Notes: a model not told the origin generated them from the sequence alone. A DNA stretch of 64,000 bases from Bacillus sp. (in: firmicutes) (GCA_041920565.1 JBHGXS010000090.1:100049-164048), one strand, 5' to 3'; positions 41,519 through 52,055 are shown, counted from the stretch's first letter. A program made the numbers and translations.

Positions 41519-44500
41519 GTTAAACAACGAAATAACGCAGATGACAAACGGTTTCTATCAACTCGATAAGGACAAAGAAGCGCTTCAAGAGTTTATGAAA
41601 GAGGCTGAAGAAAAAACTGTACAGTTTCATAGTGTACGAGAGCGAATGGCCTATATGCTGGAGCACGACTATTATTACAACGTGTTTGACGAGTACTCTT
41701 TGGAGGAAATTGAAGAAGTGTACGACATTACATACGGGGCAAAATTCCAATTCCAATCCTATATGGCAGCTTCCAAGTTTTATAAGGACTATGCTCTGAA
41801 AACGAATGACCAGAAGCAGTATTTGGAAAGCTATCCAGACCGTGTAGCTATCGTATCGCTCTATTTAGGAAGAGGAAATGCAGAAAAAGCAAAGCAATTT
41901 GCACGCATGATCATCAAACAAAACTATCAACCTGCGACACCTACCTTTTTGAATGCCGGCAGAAGCAGACGAGGAGAAATGGTGTCTTGTTTCTTGTTAG
42001 AGATGGACGACAGCTTAAACTCTATCGGGTTTAATATTAATACGGCGATGCAGCTATCAAAAATCGGCGGGGGTGTAGCTTTAAATTTGAGCAAACTGCG
42101 CGCGCGCGGAGAGCAAATTAAAGGAATTGAAAATGCGGCGAGCGGTGTTGTGCCGGTTATGAAGCTTCTTGAAGATTCTTTCTCTTATGCGAATCAACTG
42201 GGCCAAAGAAAAGGTGCAGGCGCTGTATATTTGAATATTTTCCACTGGGATATTGTAGAATTCTTGGATTAAGAGGTAGTCCCTCTGCACAGAGATGTGC
42301 ATGAGAAAACCTTGTGAACCCAAGCTAACGGGGTGTCGCAATAGCGGCTAACGGTATCAGTTGAATAAGGAGCAAACGCTCGCGAAGAAGCTGACTAAGA
42401 GAGCCTACGGTCCGGAATACGGATAGCAGGTAATACCGTGCCAAGCTTGTCAATTTTGGCAAGAAGGTGTAGAGACTATCGAAAGCACGTCAAAAGACGT
42501 AAGCGAGTAGAGTAGGCTGGAGATAGGCGCCAGTCGAAGTGCAAGGCAACCCTTTAGCGGTTGAAGATATAGTCCAACCTTTGCAGAAATGTGAAGAAAC
42601 GTTGACCAAAAAAATAAATGCCGACGAGAAGAGCCGTATTCAATCTCTTTCCATCGGTTTGATTGTACCGAGCAAATTCTTTGAATTGGCAGAGAAAGAT
42701 GAACCGCTTTATGTATTTGCTCCATACACAGTATATAAAGAATACGGACAGCATTTGGATGATTTAGACATCGATACAATGTACGAAGAATTAGTTAACA
42801 ATCCGAATGTGAAAAAGAAAAAGCTGGATTTAAGCGCACGTGACATGCTCATTAAAATCTCAATGATTCAGTTAGAATCCGGTTATCCATATTTGATGTT
42901 TAAGACAAATGCAAATGAGCAGCATCCGTTAAAGGATATTGGAACTGTGAAGATGTCGAATTTGTGTTAATGATTAGCACCTTCCGTCAGTAATGGCGGT
43001 CGAAAACTCTGCTAAACGGGGAAAGCCTCTTTGAGGTAACCTGCCGTGCTAAAGCTTATCTTAACTTGGTCTTTGCGTCAGTTATTATTCAAACTTCTTA
43101 AAAGGAGTAGGAACTATGCAAACTGAGAACGTCCCTTATGGTTTTATTTATCAAACTGTAAATAAAATTAATGGGATGAAATATGTCGGAGCAAGTCTTT
43201 TCCGGAATATAAAAGGATGGTTCCTAAAAATAACATTACAAAGAAACAAAATAATCCAACATGTAATGTAGAAATAGATGGAATCGTGTATAAGAGTATT
43301 AAAGAGGCTGCTATCTCCTTCAATACTTCGGATGCAACGATAATTAGACGATTGGACTCCTTAAAATTTCCAAACTATAAGAGACTTTCTCAGAGGTTAA
43401 GATAAGTAAATGCCTAACGACTATCGAAATCACACCATAATGGTGGAAGAGAGTAGAGTAGACCACAAGCGATTGGTGGTCGAAAAGCAGAGCATCCTAC
43501 CAGGTAAGGCTGGGGATGATGATATAGTCTATCCTATACAGCGATGTATAGCTGCACGTAACGGTGCGGGTTAGAAGTAGCGACTCTAACTGAATATAAG
43601 AGACGGAAATCTTCCAGTTACAAGAAACATCTGAAATCAACGATTATGGCACAGATGATGTGATCCGCCGCGATATTAACTGCAACCTAGGATCACTGAA
43701 CATCGTAAATGTGATGGAAAATAAAGAGATTCGTGAAGCAGTTCATGCCGGAATGGAAGCTTTAACTGCAGTTTCCGATATGACTGTCATCCAAAATGCG
43801 CCGACAGTGAAAAAGGCAAACGAAGAGCTTCACTCCGTCGGTCTCGGTGCAATGAACTGTGTGACGCGTTCCTGCGTAGCGTAGAGTGGCTAACACTACT
43901 ACGGTAAAGCGTAGGCACTAATCTGAATAGATTAGGAGAACTGTTATTCCGATGAATCAAATGAGAGGGTAACGCCTCGAAGGGTTCACTCGATACCGAA
44001 CTGCGTTAAAATTTGTAAGAATCGAAACGTGGTAAGCTCGGCGTAAAAGTAGGAGAACCTGCCGTAACAGGTAAAGCTGACGAAAGACTTTCAGAGGTGA
44101 AAGTTGCAGGTCATGCTGCGAGAGTCAAATGGATATGGTGAGAATGCTCGATGACACGCGGCATATGTTAAGAGCTGACGAACCGCCGAATGTACGGGTC
44201 TAAATCGCGAACATGTAGAAATGCATGTACTGCTCAATGCAGGGTCAGTGTGGGTGAGTAAGAATGGTTCATATGAAAATCCATAATGTGTTACAGGCAC
44301 ATTCAAGCTGACAGGCTCAAAGGTGGCACCTAAGTCCATTCAATGATAGGAATAACGGAACGCGGAAAGCTGTCAACGTGGAGAGCTTACACTCAGTGAA
44401 GCGTTTCTGAGGAAAGCAATAATGACAATAGTTATTGTATAACTCAGATTTATGACAGTGAGGGTGGTGGCACAGTACCGATGAAGCGTGTAATGAACGT

Positions 44501-47500
44501 GGAGGGATAGCCACTAGTCTAATGAAGGTATACCAACCATTTTCATCTCTAAATCGGACGATAAGGTTCTGGTGAGACTAAGAAAGGTTTATCTCGGCAC
44601 CGGGCAATACAACACCGGACGGATTACACCCGGTTCTGGTGAGACTAAGAAAGGTTTATCTCCTACATGGAGGTGACCGACTTATGGACACGAGGAAGAA
44701 GATACGCCACTCGGAGTATTACGACATGGTAAACACGTTCGACAGACTTTACTCTGACAGCAAAAATGGTAACAACTTCTACAACCTTATCGAACTTATG
44801 AGCAACGAACAAAACATAAGGATTGCGTACAGAAATATCAAAAGAAACAAAGGCAGTAAAACTGCTGGAGTGGATGGACTAACCATCCAAGACGTGGAAC
44901 GGCTGCAAGTGGAAGAAGTAATTGAGCAGGTCAGGTCGATGTTTGAATGGTATGAACCGCAAGCAGTCAGACGGACATTTATACCAAAACCAAATGGAGA
45001 CAGAAGACCGCTCAGAATCCCTACTATATGGGATAGGATTTTTCAGCAGTGTATCTTACAGGTGTTAGACCCTATATGTGAAGCTAAATTCCACAAACAC
45101 AGTTACGGATTCAGAAGCAACCGAAGCACACATCATGCCTTGGCAAGATTTAAAAACCTAATCAACATGGCGGGTTTTAGCCAATGCATTGACATCGATA
45201 TTAAAGGGTTCTTCGACAATGTAAATCATGGAAAACTACTCAAACAGATGTGGACTTTAGGGATAAGGGATAAGAAACTTTTATCAATTATCTCAAGGCT
45301 ACTGAAGAGCGAGATAGAAGGAGAGGGAATCCCGACTAAGGGTACTCCACAAGGAGGAATCTTATCTCCACTACTATCCAACATTGTCCTAAATGAACTT
45401 GACTGGTGGATTAGCGGCCAATGGGAAACATTCGAGAGCAAACACAAATACGCGAACCGCTCAAAAACATATAGAGCGTTAAAGAATACCAAGCTCAAAG
45501 AATGCTTTATTGTAAGATACGCGGACGACTTCAAAATTCTATGTAGAACAAGGTCACAGGCAAACAGAATGTTCATAGCAGTGAAGCAATTCCTTAAGGA
45601 GAGACTACAACTCGACATCAGCGAGGAAAAGTCAAAAATTATCAACCTTAAGCGAAAGGAAAGCGAGTTTCTCGGTTTCCGCATTAAATCCGTCAAAAGG
45701 GGCGGAACAAAATATGGATACGTTGCCCAATCTAATATGACGAAGAAGGCATTCAAGAACGCCCACCTCAAAATTAGAGCAAGCATCAAGGAAATCCAGA
45801 AAGACCCTTGCGCGGACACTGTTAAGAAATTCGACGCAACTGTGATTGGGATTCAAAATTACTATTCACGAGCAACTAATATTTCCAATAACCTTATGGA
45901 AATAAACCTCTGGACGCATAGAACCTTATTCAATCGATTAGGGAACACCGAGCCAAAGCAACTTGGAAAGACTTCACCCAAACGTTAATGCAACGCTACA
46001 AAGGGTATAACTTCAAAATGTATAAGATTGAAGGTATCGTATTTGTCCCAGTTTATGCACAAAAGCATAAACCACCCCTTGGGTTTAACCAAGAAATTAG
46101 TAGTTACACCGAGAAGGGTAGGGGCTTGATACACAAAACCCTTAAAGTTAAAAAGGAAACGTTGGGTTACGTCATAAATAGCTATGTCCCAAATAGAAGT
46201 ATTGAGTATAACGACAACAGGATAAGTAAGTTTATATCTCAATATGGAAGGTGTCGAATAACAAACGTGGAACTCATTGGGAGATGACTGGGATTGCCAC
46301 CATATAATTCCTTTAGAATTTGGTGGTAACGACCGTTATCAAAACCTAATGGTATTACACAGAAGTATTCATCGACTCGTACACTTGGTAGACAAAGATA
46401 AGATTGAATGCATTCTAGAAGCATTCAATCTTACCAAAAAGCAAATTGAAAAAGTCAATGAACTTCGCACAAAAGCACACAGGGATATGATAGATGTTAG
46501 TTGCAAACGGTTCGGTAAGAAAAAGAGGAAGATTGGTAAACTGGATTAGATGGAACGCCGTATGAGGTGAAAGTCTCACGTACGGTGTGAATGGGGGGAA
46601 AGGGTAGCGATAACTTCAAAACCTTACCTATCCATACTGCACGGTTATTTGGCAAAAAATAAAATCAGCTACGAAAGTGAAGAAGCGAAGGATTTCGCGC
46701 GTACATTCTTTATGATGCTGAACTACTATTCGATTGAAAAAAGCATGCTGATCGCGAAAGAAAAGCAAGAGACATTTAAAGACTTTGAGAAATCTGAATA
46801 TGCAAAAGGAACGTATTTTGAAAAATACGAAACAACGGACTATAGCCCGAAAACAGAAAAAGTGCAGAAGCTGTTTGAAGGCATTTACATTCCAACACAA
46901 GAAGATTGGAGCAACTTGAAGGAGCAGGTACAAAAGTATGGACTTTATAATGCGTTAATAGATAGCGCCCTTTGACAGTAATGTCAAATGGAAAAACGGC
47001 TTATATGCAGGGAAGCCCTTAGAGCTCTTTCTACCAAGTACATGTAGAAATATATGTATGGCAAGGGGTAACGCCCAAGGTACGGTAAAAAGGAAAGAGA
47101 TTGGGTAATCTGCAGGGAAGTACCTAAGTCTTATTAGATAGGTAAACCCTCAACGACTACCATAGCCGATTCTTAATAGCAGAACGTCGAGCTACTAAGA
47201 ATATGGAATAGTCTACTCCGACCCTAGATAATAAAGGGTGTTAAAGTATCTCGAAAGAGACGGTACAAAGGATCGTTTAGCAGTGGCTCCGACGCAGTCG
47301 ATCAGCTACATCCAAAATGCGACTTCAAGCGTCATGCCGATCGTAAATCAAATCGAGTCCAGAACATATGCAAATGCGACAACATATTACCCGATGCCGT
47401 ATCTATCACAAGAAACGTTCTGGTATTACAAGTCAGCGTACGATATGGACCAATTTAAGATTATTGACTTGATTGCGGCCATTCAAGAGCACGTTGACCA

Positions 47501-47654
47501 AGGGATCAGCACCATTCTTTACGTAAACAGCGATATCTCTACCCGTGAGCTTGCGCGTTATTACATTTATGCTCACAAGAAGGGATTAAAGAGCTTGTAT
47601 TACACAAGAACCCGCAAGTTAAGTGTCGAAGAGTGCGTGGCGTGCGTAGTATAA
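41505..47654 (+). CDS. nrdE: Class Ib RNR alpha subunit in 5 exons: join(41505..42269,42605..42967,43603..43858,46638..46955,47272..47654), 694 aa
   Basis: Junctions restore EFLD|TKKINAD, SNLC|TEIFQ, GAMN-L(T|TG)-HGY and YNA-Y(T|AT)-RLAVAPT; ends LYYTR...CVACVV; 2085 nt, in frame. Confidence 0.95.
42270..42604 (+). ncRNA. Group I intron 1 of nrdE (335 nt, no ORF)
   Basis: Exon ends GGAU pairing with IGS GUCC (U.G); GGU/ACC P10; R gtagagactatc 42469; S gaagatatagtcc 42563; terminal G. Confidence 0.93.
42968..43602 (+). ncRNA. Group I intron 2 of nrdE (635 nt, contains HEG remnant)
   Basis: Exon GUGU / IGS GCAC; R ctaacgactatc ~43414; S gatgatatagtct ~43518; terminal G; insert closed by stem 43055-43065/43396-43406. 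Confidence 0.93.
43116..43405 (+). pseudogene. Internally deleted GIY-YIG homing endonuclease
   Basis: SD AAGGAG, MQTENVPYGFIYQTVNKINGMKYVG, then another frame carries NUMOD1/HTH-like VEIDGIVYKSIKEAA...TIIRRLDSLKFPNYKRL. Confidence 0.85.
44565..44662 (+). repeat. 31-nt perfect direct repeat with 36-nt spacer
   Basis: ggttctggtgagactaagaaaggtttatctc at 44565-44595 and 44632-44662. Confidence 0.9.
44684..46549 (+). pseudogene. Group II intron-encoded RT/maturase-HNH protein; RT+X open to 45988, then two frameshifts
   Basis: SD GGAGGTG; GTPQGG, YADD, GIQNYY; shifts near 45940 and 46280; HNH tail CHHIIP..GG...NL..LH...H.LVH. Confidence 0.9.
46956..47271 (+). ncRNA. Third group I intron of nrdE (intron 4 overall; 316 nt, no ORF)
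   Basis: Exon GCGU / IGS GCGC; GAU/AUC P10; Q aatctgcagggaag; R caacgactac 47151; S ggaatagtcta 47205; terminal G. Confidence 0.92.
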
Positions 47655-47686
47655 GAATGTTGTTGAGATAGATAAGGGGGAATTTG

Positions 47687-49215
47687 ATGAAAGCCGTAAA
47701 CTGGAATAAAAAAGAAGATGATTACAGTCTAGTGTTTTGGAAGCAGAATCTGTCCCAATTTTGGACAGAGGAGGAAATTGCGGTTTCCTCTGATAAAAAT
47801 ACATGGGTGCAGCTTTCAAAAGAAGAACAAACTGCCTATAAACGTGTACTTGGCGGATTGACGCTGCTTGATACAAAGCAAGGAGGAGAGGGAATGCCTC
47901 TCATCCTTGTTCATTTGGATAATTTGCAAGCGAAAAGCGTACTTGCTTTTATGGGCGCCATGGAAGAAGTACATGCGAAAAGCTACAGCCATATTTTTAC
48001 GACATTGGCAACGGAAGAAGAAATTGATGAAATTTTTGACTGGGTTGATAAGCACCCGCTGCTTGAAAAAAAATCAAAAATGATTTCCAATTACTATCGT
48101 CGCTTGCTCAAACCGGAAGTCAGCAAACGTGAATTGTACATGGCGATGGTGGCAAGCGTGTTTTTAGAAAGCTATTTGTTCTACAGCGGCTTTTTCTATC
48201 CGCTTTATTTGGCGGGGCAAGGCAAGCTGACAGCAAGCGGTGAAATTATTAATCTCATTATCCGTAAACTTTTTGCGGCCCTGATCTGGAAACAGGCAGT
48301 GGAAAAATCCCTCTAATTGCTGGGACACCCTTCAAGGGCAATCAGCAGCGAAGCCTCTTTGGAGGAACGTTCAACGACTAGGCGAAAGCCGTAGGGCACA
48401 AGCGATTGGTGCTCGAAACGGGGGACATCCTGAATCAGGATGGTGAGATAGTCTGTACTTTACTAGCAATAGTAAGCGGCTCTAAGAGCGGTATAGGCGT
48501 AGCGAACCTATATGAACACATTAGGATGAGAGTATTCACGGCGTATTTGTCGGTTTGTTAGCCCAAGAGATTTTCAGAAAGATGTCTGAAGAAGAACAGC
48601 AGGAAGTAAAAGCGGAAACGCTTGAGTTATTGTTGGATCTTTATGAAAATGAAAAAGCCTATACAGAGGAACTTTATTCTGCAATCGGCCTTGTAGACGA
48701 AGTAAACAAATTCGTTCGCTACAATGCCAATAAAGGATTAATGAATCTCGGATTTGATCCATATTTTGAAGATGAAGAAATCAATCCGATTGTTTCAAAT
48801 GGTCTTCGTACAGAAACAAAAAACCACGATTTCTTTTCCGTTCTAACTTGAGCGGCTTTAGATAGGAATATCTATCGAACACTCCGTGAATTCAGGAAAA
48901 GCCTAAGTTGACTTATACGTCAATATGGCAATCTCTGAGCGAAGCCTCTATGAGGAACGTGCAACGACTATCGAAAGCGCAAATTTGCACTGCGAATTTG
49001 GAAGTGAGTAGAGTACACTCAAGCGAGTGGAAGCGCGGAGCATCCAGACCGGATGATGATATAGTCTACTCCCTATTTTGGAAACATAGGGCTGGGTTCG
49101 TCCCGCCGTAAGAGTAGCGACCTTACGGGAATGTAAAGGTAAAGGAAATGGTTATGTAAAAGCGACGAATGTAGAAAAACTGACAGATGAAGACTTTATG
49201 TTCGATTTTGAATAA
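47687..49215 (+). CDS. nrdF: Class Ib RNR beta subunit in 3 exons: join(47687..48265,48525..48841,49140..49215), 323 aa
   Basis: Junctions restore NLIIR|DESIHG and HDFFS-V(GT|T)-KGNGYV; EEVHAKSY and [10 protein letters not shown] motifs; 972 nt, in frame. Confidence 0.95.
48266..48524 (+). ncRNA. Group I intron 1 of nrdF (259 nt, no ORF)
   Basis: Exon CCGU / IGS GCGG; P aattgctggga, Q aatcagcag, R caacgacta 48372, S gagatagtct 48445; terminal G. Confidence 0.93.
48842..49139 (+). ncRNA. Group I intron 2 of nrdF (298 nt, no ORF)
   Basis: Exon CCGU / IGS GCGG; P aattcagga, Q tctgagc, R caacgacta 48962, S gatgatatagtct 49055; terminal G. Confidence 0.92.
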
Positions 49216-49469
49216 AAGCTAAGATGAGAGTAGCTCCGTCATTGTAAATGGCGGGGTTGTTTTTATGTAGAAGGGCTAAGAGAATAAAAAGTTATAACCA
49301 CAAGCGTTAAGTTCATTGGAATCTGCTCCTCATCGTTACCTTAAAAGCTGAAGGTGGATATTATGTTTTTGTGCTTTTGAAATAAATATATTCAATCATT
49401 TGCTTTTTGGCCTATAATTTTATTTAATGAAAACGTGTTATAAAATTTATTTCAAATGAGGTCATATAC

Positions 49470-50435
49470 ATGAAAGCATTAGTATTTGAAACATTCGGCG
49501 GACCGGAAGTCCTGCATTATCGTAACATTGAAGATCCGACAATCGGACCGGACGAAATTTTACTGGAAATGAAAGCGATTGGTCTGAATTTTGCGGACGT
49601 ATATAGAAGAAAGGGAAATTATCATTTGGCGGGCAAGCCCCCATACATATTGGGATATGAGGGAGCCGGCATCGTAAAAAGTGTCGGAAGCAATGTAACA
49701 GAGGTCAAAATAGGGGATCGTATTGCATTTGCGGATGTACCATACGCAAATGCTGAGCTTGTGGCAGTTCCAAAAGAAAAAGCGATTCCGCTGCCGGAAG
49801 ATGTATCGTATGAAACCGCAGCCTCCTTATTACTACAAGGACTTACCGCCCATTATTTAACAAAAGACAGCTATGCCATTAAAAAAGGCGATGTTGCTTT
49901 AGTACACGCCGCAGCAGGCGGGGTGGGGCAACTGCTTGTCCAAATCATCAAAATTTTGGGAGGCAAGGTCATTGGCTTAACTTCTTCGGAAGAAAAGCGT
50001 CAAGCAGCCTTATCCGTAGGTGCAGACCATGTGTTTCTGTATAACGATGATTGGAAGAACCAGGTCAAAGATGTAACAGAAGGAAAAGGTGTAGATGTTG
50101 TATACGAATCTGTAGGCTCAACGTTAATGGATAGTTTTGACGTCACTCGCATTGGAGGAACGGTTGTATTTTACGGCATGGCAGGCGGAGATCCGGCACC
50201 GGTTGATCCTCGCATGCTGATGGATACTTCTAAAACATTGACAGGCGGCGACCTTTGGAACGTGCTAACGTCTCATGAAGAACGAGTAACACGCTCTCAA
50301 GAGCTGTTCGGATGGATTCGAGAGGGAAAATTGAAGGTATCTGAGCCGACGGTATTCCCTTTAAGCGAAGGGGCAAAGGCGCATGAGTATATTGAAAGCA
50401 GAAAGAGCACAGGGAAGGTATTGCTGATTCCGTAA
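49470..50435 (+). CDS. Zeta-crystallin-type quinone oxidoreductase
   Basis: GYEGAG, QGLTAHYL, HAAAGGVG, STGKVLL. Confidence 0.92.
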   Translation: MKALVFETFGGPEVLHYRNIEDPTIGPDEILLEMKAIGLNFADVYRRKGNYHLAGKPPYILGYEGAGIVKSVGSNVTEVKIGDRIAFADVPYANAELVAVPKEKAIPLPEDVSYETAASLLLQGLTAHYLTKDSYAIKKGDVALVHAAAGGVGQLLVQIIKILGGKVIGLTSSEEKRQAALSVGADHVFLYNDDWKNQVKDVTEGKGVDVVYESVGSTLMDSFDVTRIGGTVVFYGMAGGDPAPVDPRMLMDTSKTLTGGDLWNVLTSHEERVTRSQELFGWIREGKLKVSEPTVFPLSEGAKAHEYIESRKSTGKVLLIP

Positions 50436-50473
50436 ATTTGATTTAAAAAATCGTCGCAGGGAGCGACGATTTT

Positions 50474-50689
50474 TTATTTTGTTACAGTTTCTTCTTTTTC
50501 TTCGATAGATACAGATGAGATTTCATCTGTACTTACTAAAAGGCTATCCGAAATATGAATAAAGCTTTTTTCTTTTAACTCTTGTCGGATTTCTTCTATT
50601 AATTGTTCTTTATTTTTAGTGGAACGAATTGTATTTTTCGCTTTTACAGTAAATGTAATTTCAAATGTTTTTTCTTACATTAATGTCAT
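50474..50689 (-). pseudogene. 71-codon hypothetical ORF with TAA at codon 5
   Basis: SD GGGGAG; MTLM*EKTFEITFTVKAKN...EEKEETVTK*; otherwise open in the same frame. Confidence 0.5.
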
Positions 50690-50854
50690 CTCCCCGAATG
50701 AAGTATATCTAGTATTCTAGCAAAATTGACGAATTTGTGACATGGAATTTATTTAGGAATTATTGGAGGTATTGTTATATTTTTTCTAATAATACATTGA
50801 AAGAGGAGATAGAGGAATATATTAGTAAAAAGAGAATTTTTTAGTCAAGGGGGC

Positions 50855-51276
50855 ATGGATATTTCAATTTTTCGATCAACAGACCGAACAAAACGAATGA
50901 TACAATTGGCGCAAGAAGAGATGCGACAGACAAATTGGAACACGCTTCACCCGATTTATTTGTTTGGAGGAGCATTGCAAGAACGAACAGGTGTATTTGC
51001 GGAATTATTTTAGAATGTAATCCGAATATGGAAAAGCTTCGTCAGCAAGTTTCACAATGCCACACACAATATTGTTCTATAGAGCATCCGCTATTCAATG
51101 TACCAATTACACAAGGTACAGAAGAAGCAATGAAAAAAGCAGAAGGGTATATGAAACGGTACGGACAAATACAATTAAACCCTGATCATATTATACACGG
51201 CATATTAGAAACGCCAGATCCTCTTACAGAATCTATTTTGCAAAAGTACGATACAGAAAGAATCGCACTAAGTTAG
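50855..51276 (+). pseudogene. Frameshifted/truncated Clp N-domain protein
   Basis: TDRTKRMIQLAQEE...LHP..LF.G.L, shift near 51008, then AMKKAE.Y....GQ.QL.PDHII.GILE (second Clp-N repeat). Confidence 0.65.
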
Positions 51277-51328
51277 AAATAAAATGTATGTAATAGTTTT
51301 GTAAATTATGATTAAGGGAGAGATTCAT

Positions 51329-52036
51329 ATGAAGCTCAAACCAATAGATGCAGCCAAGCAATTTGTGGACGAAGCGTTTCCGAATTGCCGCGGCGCTTTG
51401 TTAGCAGGAAGCGTTGTGCGAGGCGAGGGTACGGAAACATCAGACTTAGATATTGTTATCATTGATGATACAGTGGAATCTTCTTATAGGGAATCCCTGT
51501 TTCAATTTGGGTGGGCCATTGAAGCTTTTGTACATAATGCCACGTCTTATAAACGATTCGTAGAAGATGATTGCAAACGAGGCAGACCGTCATTGGCGCG
51601 AATGCTGGCAGAAGGATTTATCATGAAAGATGATAGAATAATGGAGAAATTGAAGCAGGAAGCAAAAGAATTGCTTTTGCAAGGACCGGAACCTTTAACA
51701 GAGGAACAAATGAAGCTGGCTCGATATTTTATCACGGATATGCTGGATGATTTTATCGGTTCTGTGAAACGAGAAGAAGATTTGTTTATTGCAGGGGCAT
51801 TGGCGGATAAATTGCATGAATTCGTTTTGCGTACAAACAGACAATGGACCGGAAGTTCAAAATGGGTGGTTCGGGCATTGAAGAAATACGATCCTGTATT
51901 ATGTGATAGATTTGTAGAAGCTTTTGATCGCTTTTATCGTAATGGAGAAAAAGAAGGCATTATTGCGTTAACAGATGATATATTGGAGCCTTTTGGCGGA
52001 AGACTGTTTGATGGCTTCTCGCTAGGGAAAAAATAG
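51329..52036 (+). CDS. Nucleotidyltransferase-domain protein
   Basis: AGSVVRGE...SDLDIV. Confidence 0.85.
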   Translation: MKLKPIDAAKQFVDEAFPNCRGALLAGSVVRGEGTETSDLDIVIIDDTVESSYRESLFQFGWAIEAFVHNATSYKRFVEDDCKRGRPSLARMLAEGFIMKDDRIMEKLKQEAKELLLQGPEPLTEEQMKLARYFITDMLDDFIGSVKREEDLFIAGALADKLHEFVLRTNRQWTGSSKWVVRALKKYDPVLCDRFVEAFDRFYRNGEKEGIIALTDDILEPFGGRLFDGFSLGKK

Positions 52037-52055
52037 GACGGAAAAGGGGGATATT

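Larger units (their letters stand above)
43859..46637 (+). mobile_element. Group II intron in nrdE (2779 nt; probably bacterial class B)
   Basis: 5' GUGUG, 3' ...CCAUAC; DV 46555-46588 with CGC triad and GAAA loop; EBS1 ggttcat 44266 / IBS1 atgaact; EBS2 tgtactg 44226 / IBS2 cggtgca. Confidence 0.95.

Noticed and set aside
44565-44662. CRISPR array
   Set aside because: Only two repeats, no cas genes or leader, and located inside group II intron domain IV.
45226-45819. 197-aa antisense ORF inside the RT gene
   Set aside because: Shadow frame of the RT; no SD or recognisable motif.
44684-45988. Retron, DGR or defence-type RT
   Set aside because: Flanked by GUGUG, EBS/IBS, DV/DVI and followed by X and HNH domains: an ordinary group II IEP architecture.
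48908-49111. 67-aa ORF in the second nrdF intron
   Set aside because: Runs through the Q/R/S ribozyme core; no endonuclease motif.
41499-49215. nrdE/nrdF as fragmented pseudogenes or intein-containing genes
   Set aside because: All gaps have ribozyme boundaries and core motifs, contain stops, and splice to full-length in-frame proteins.
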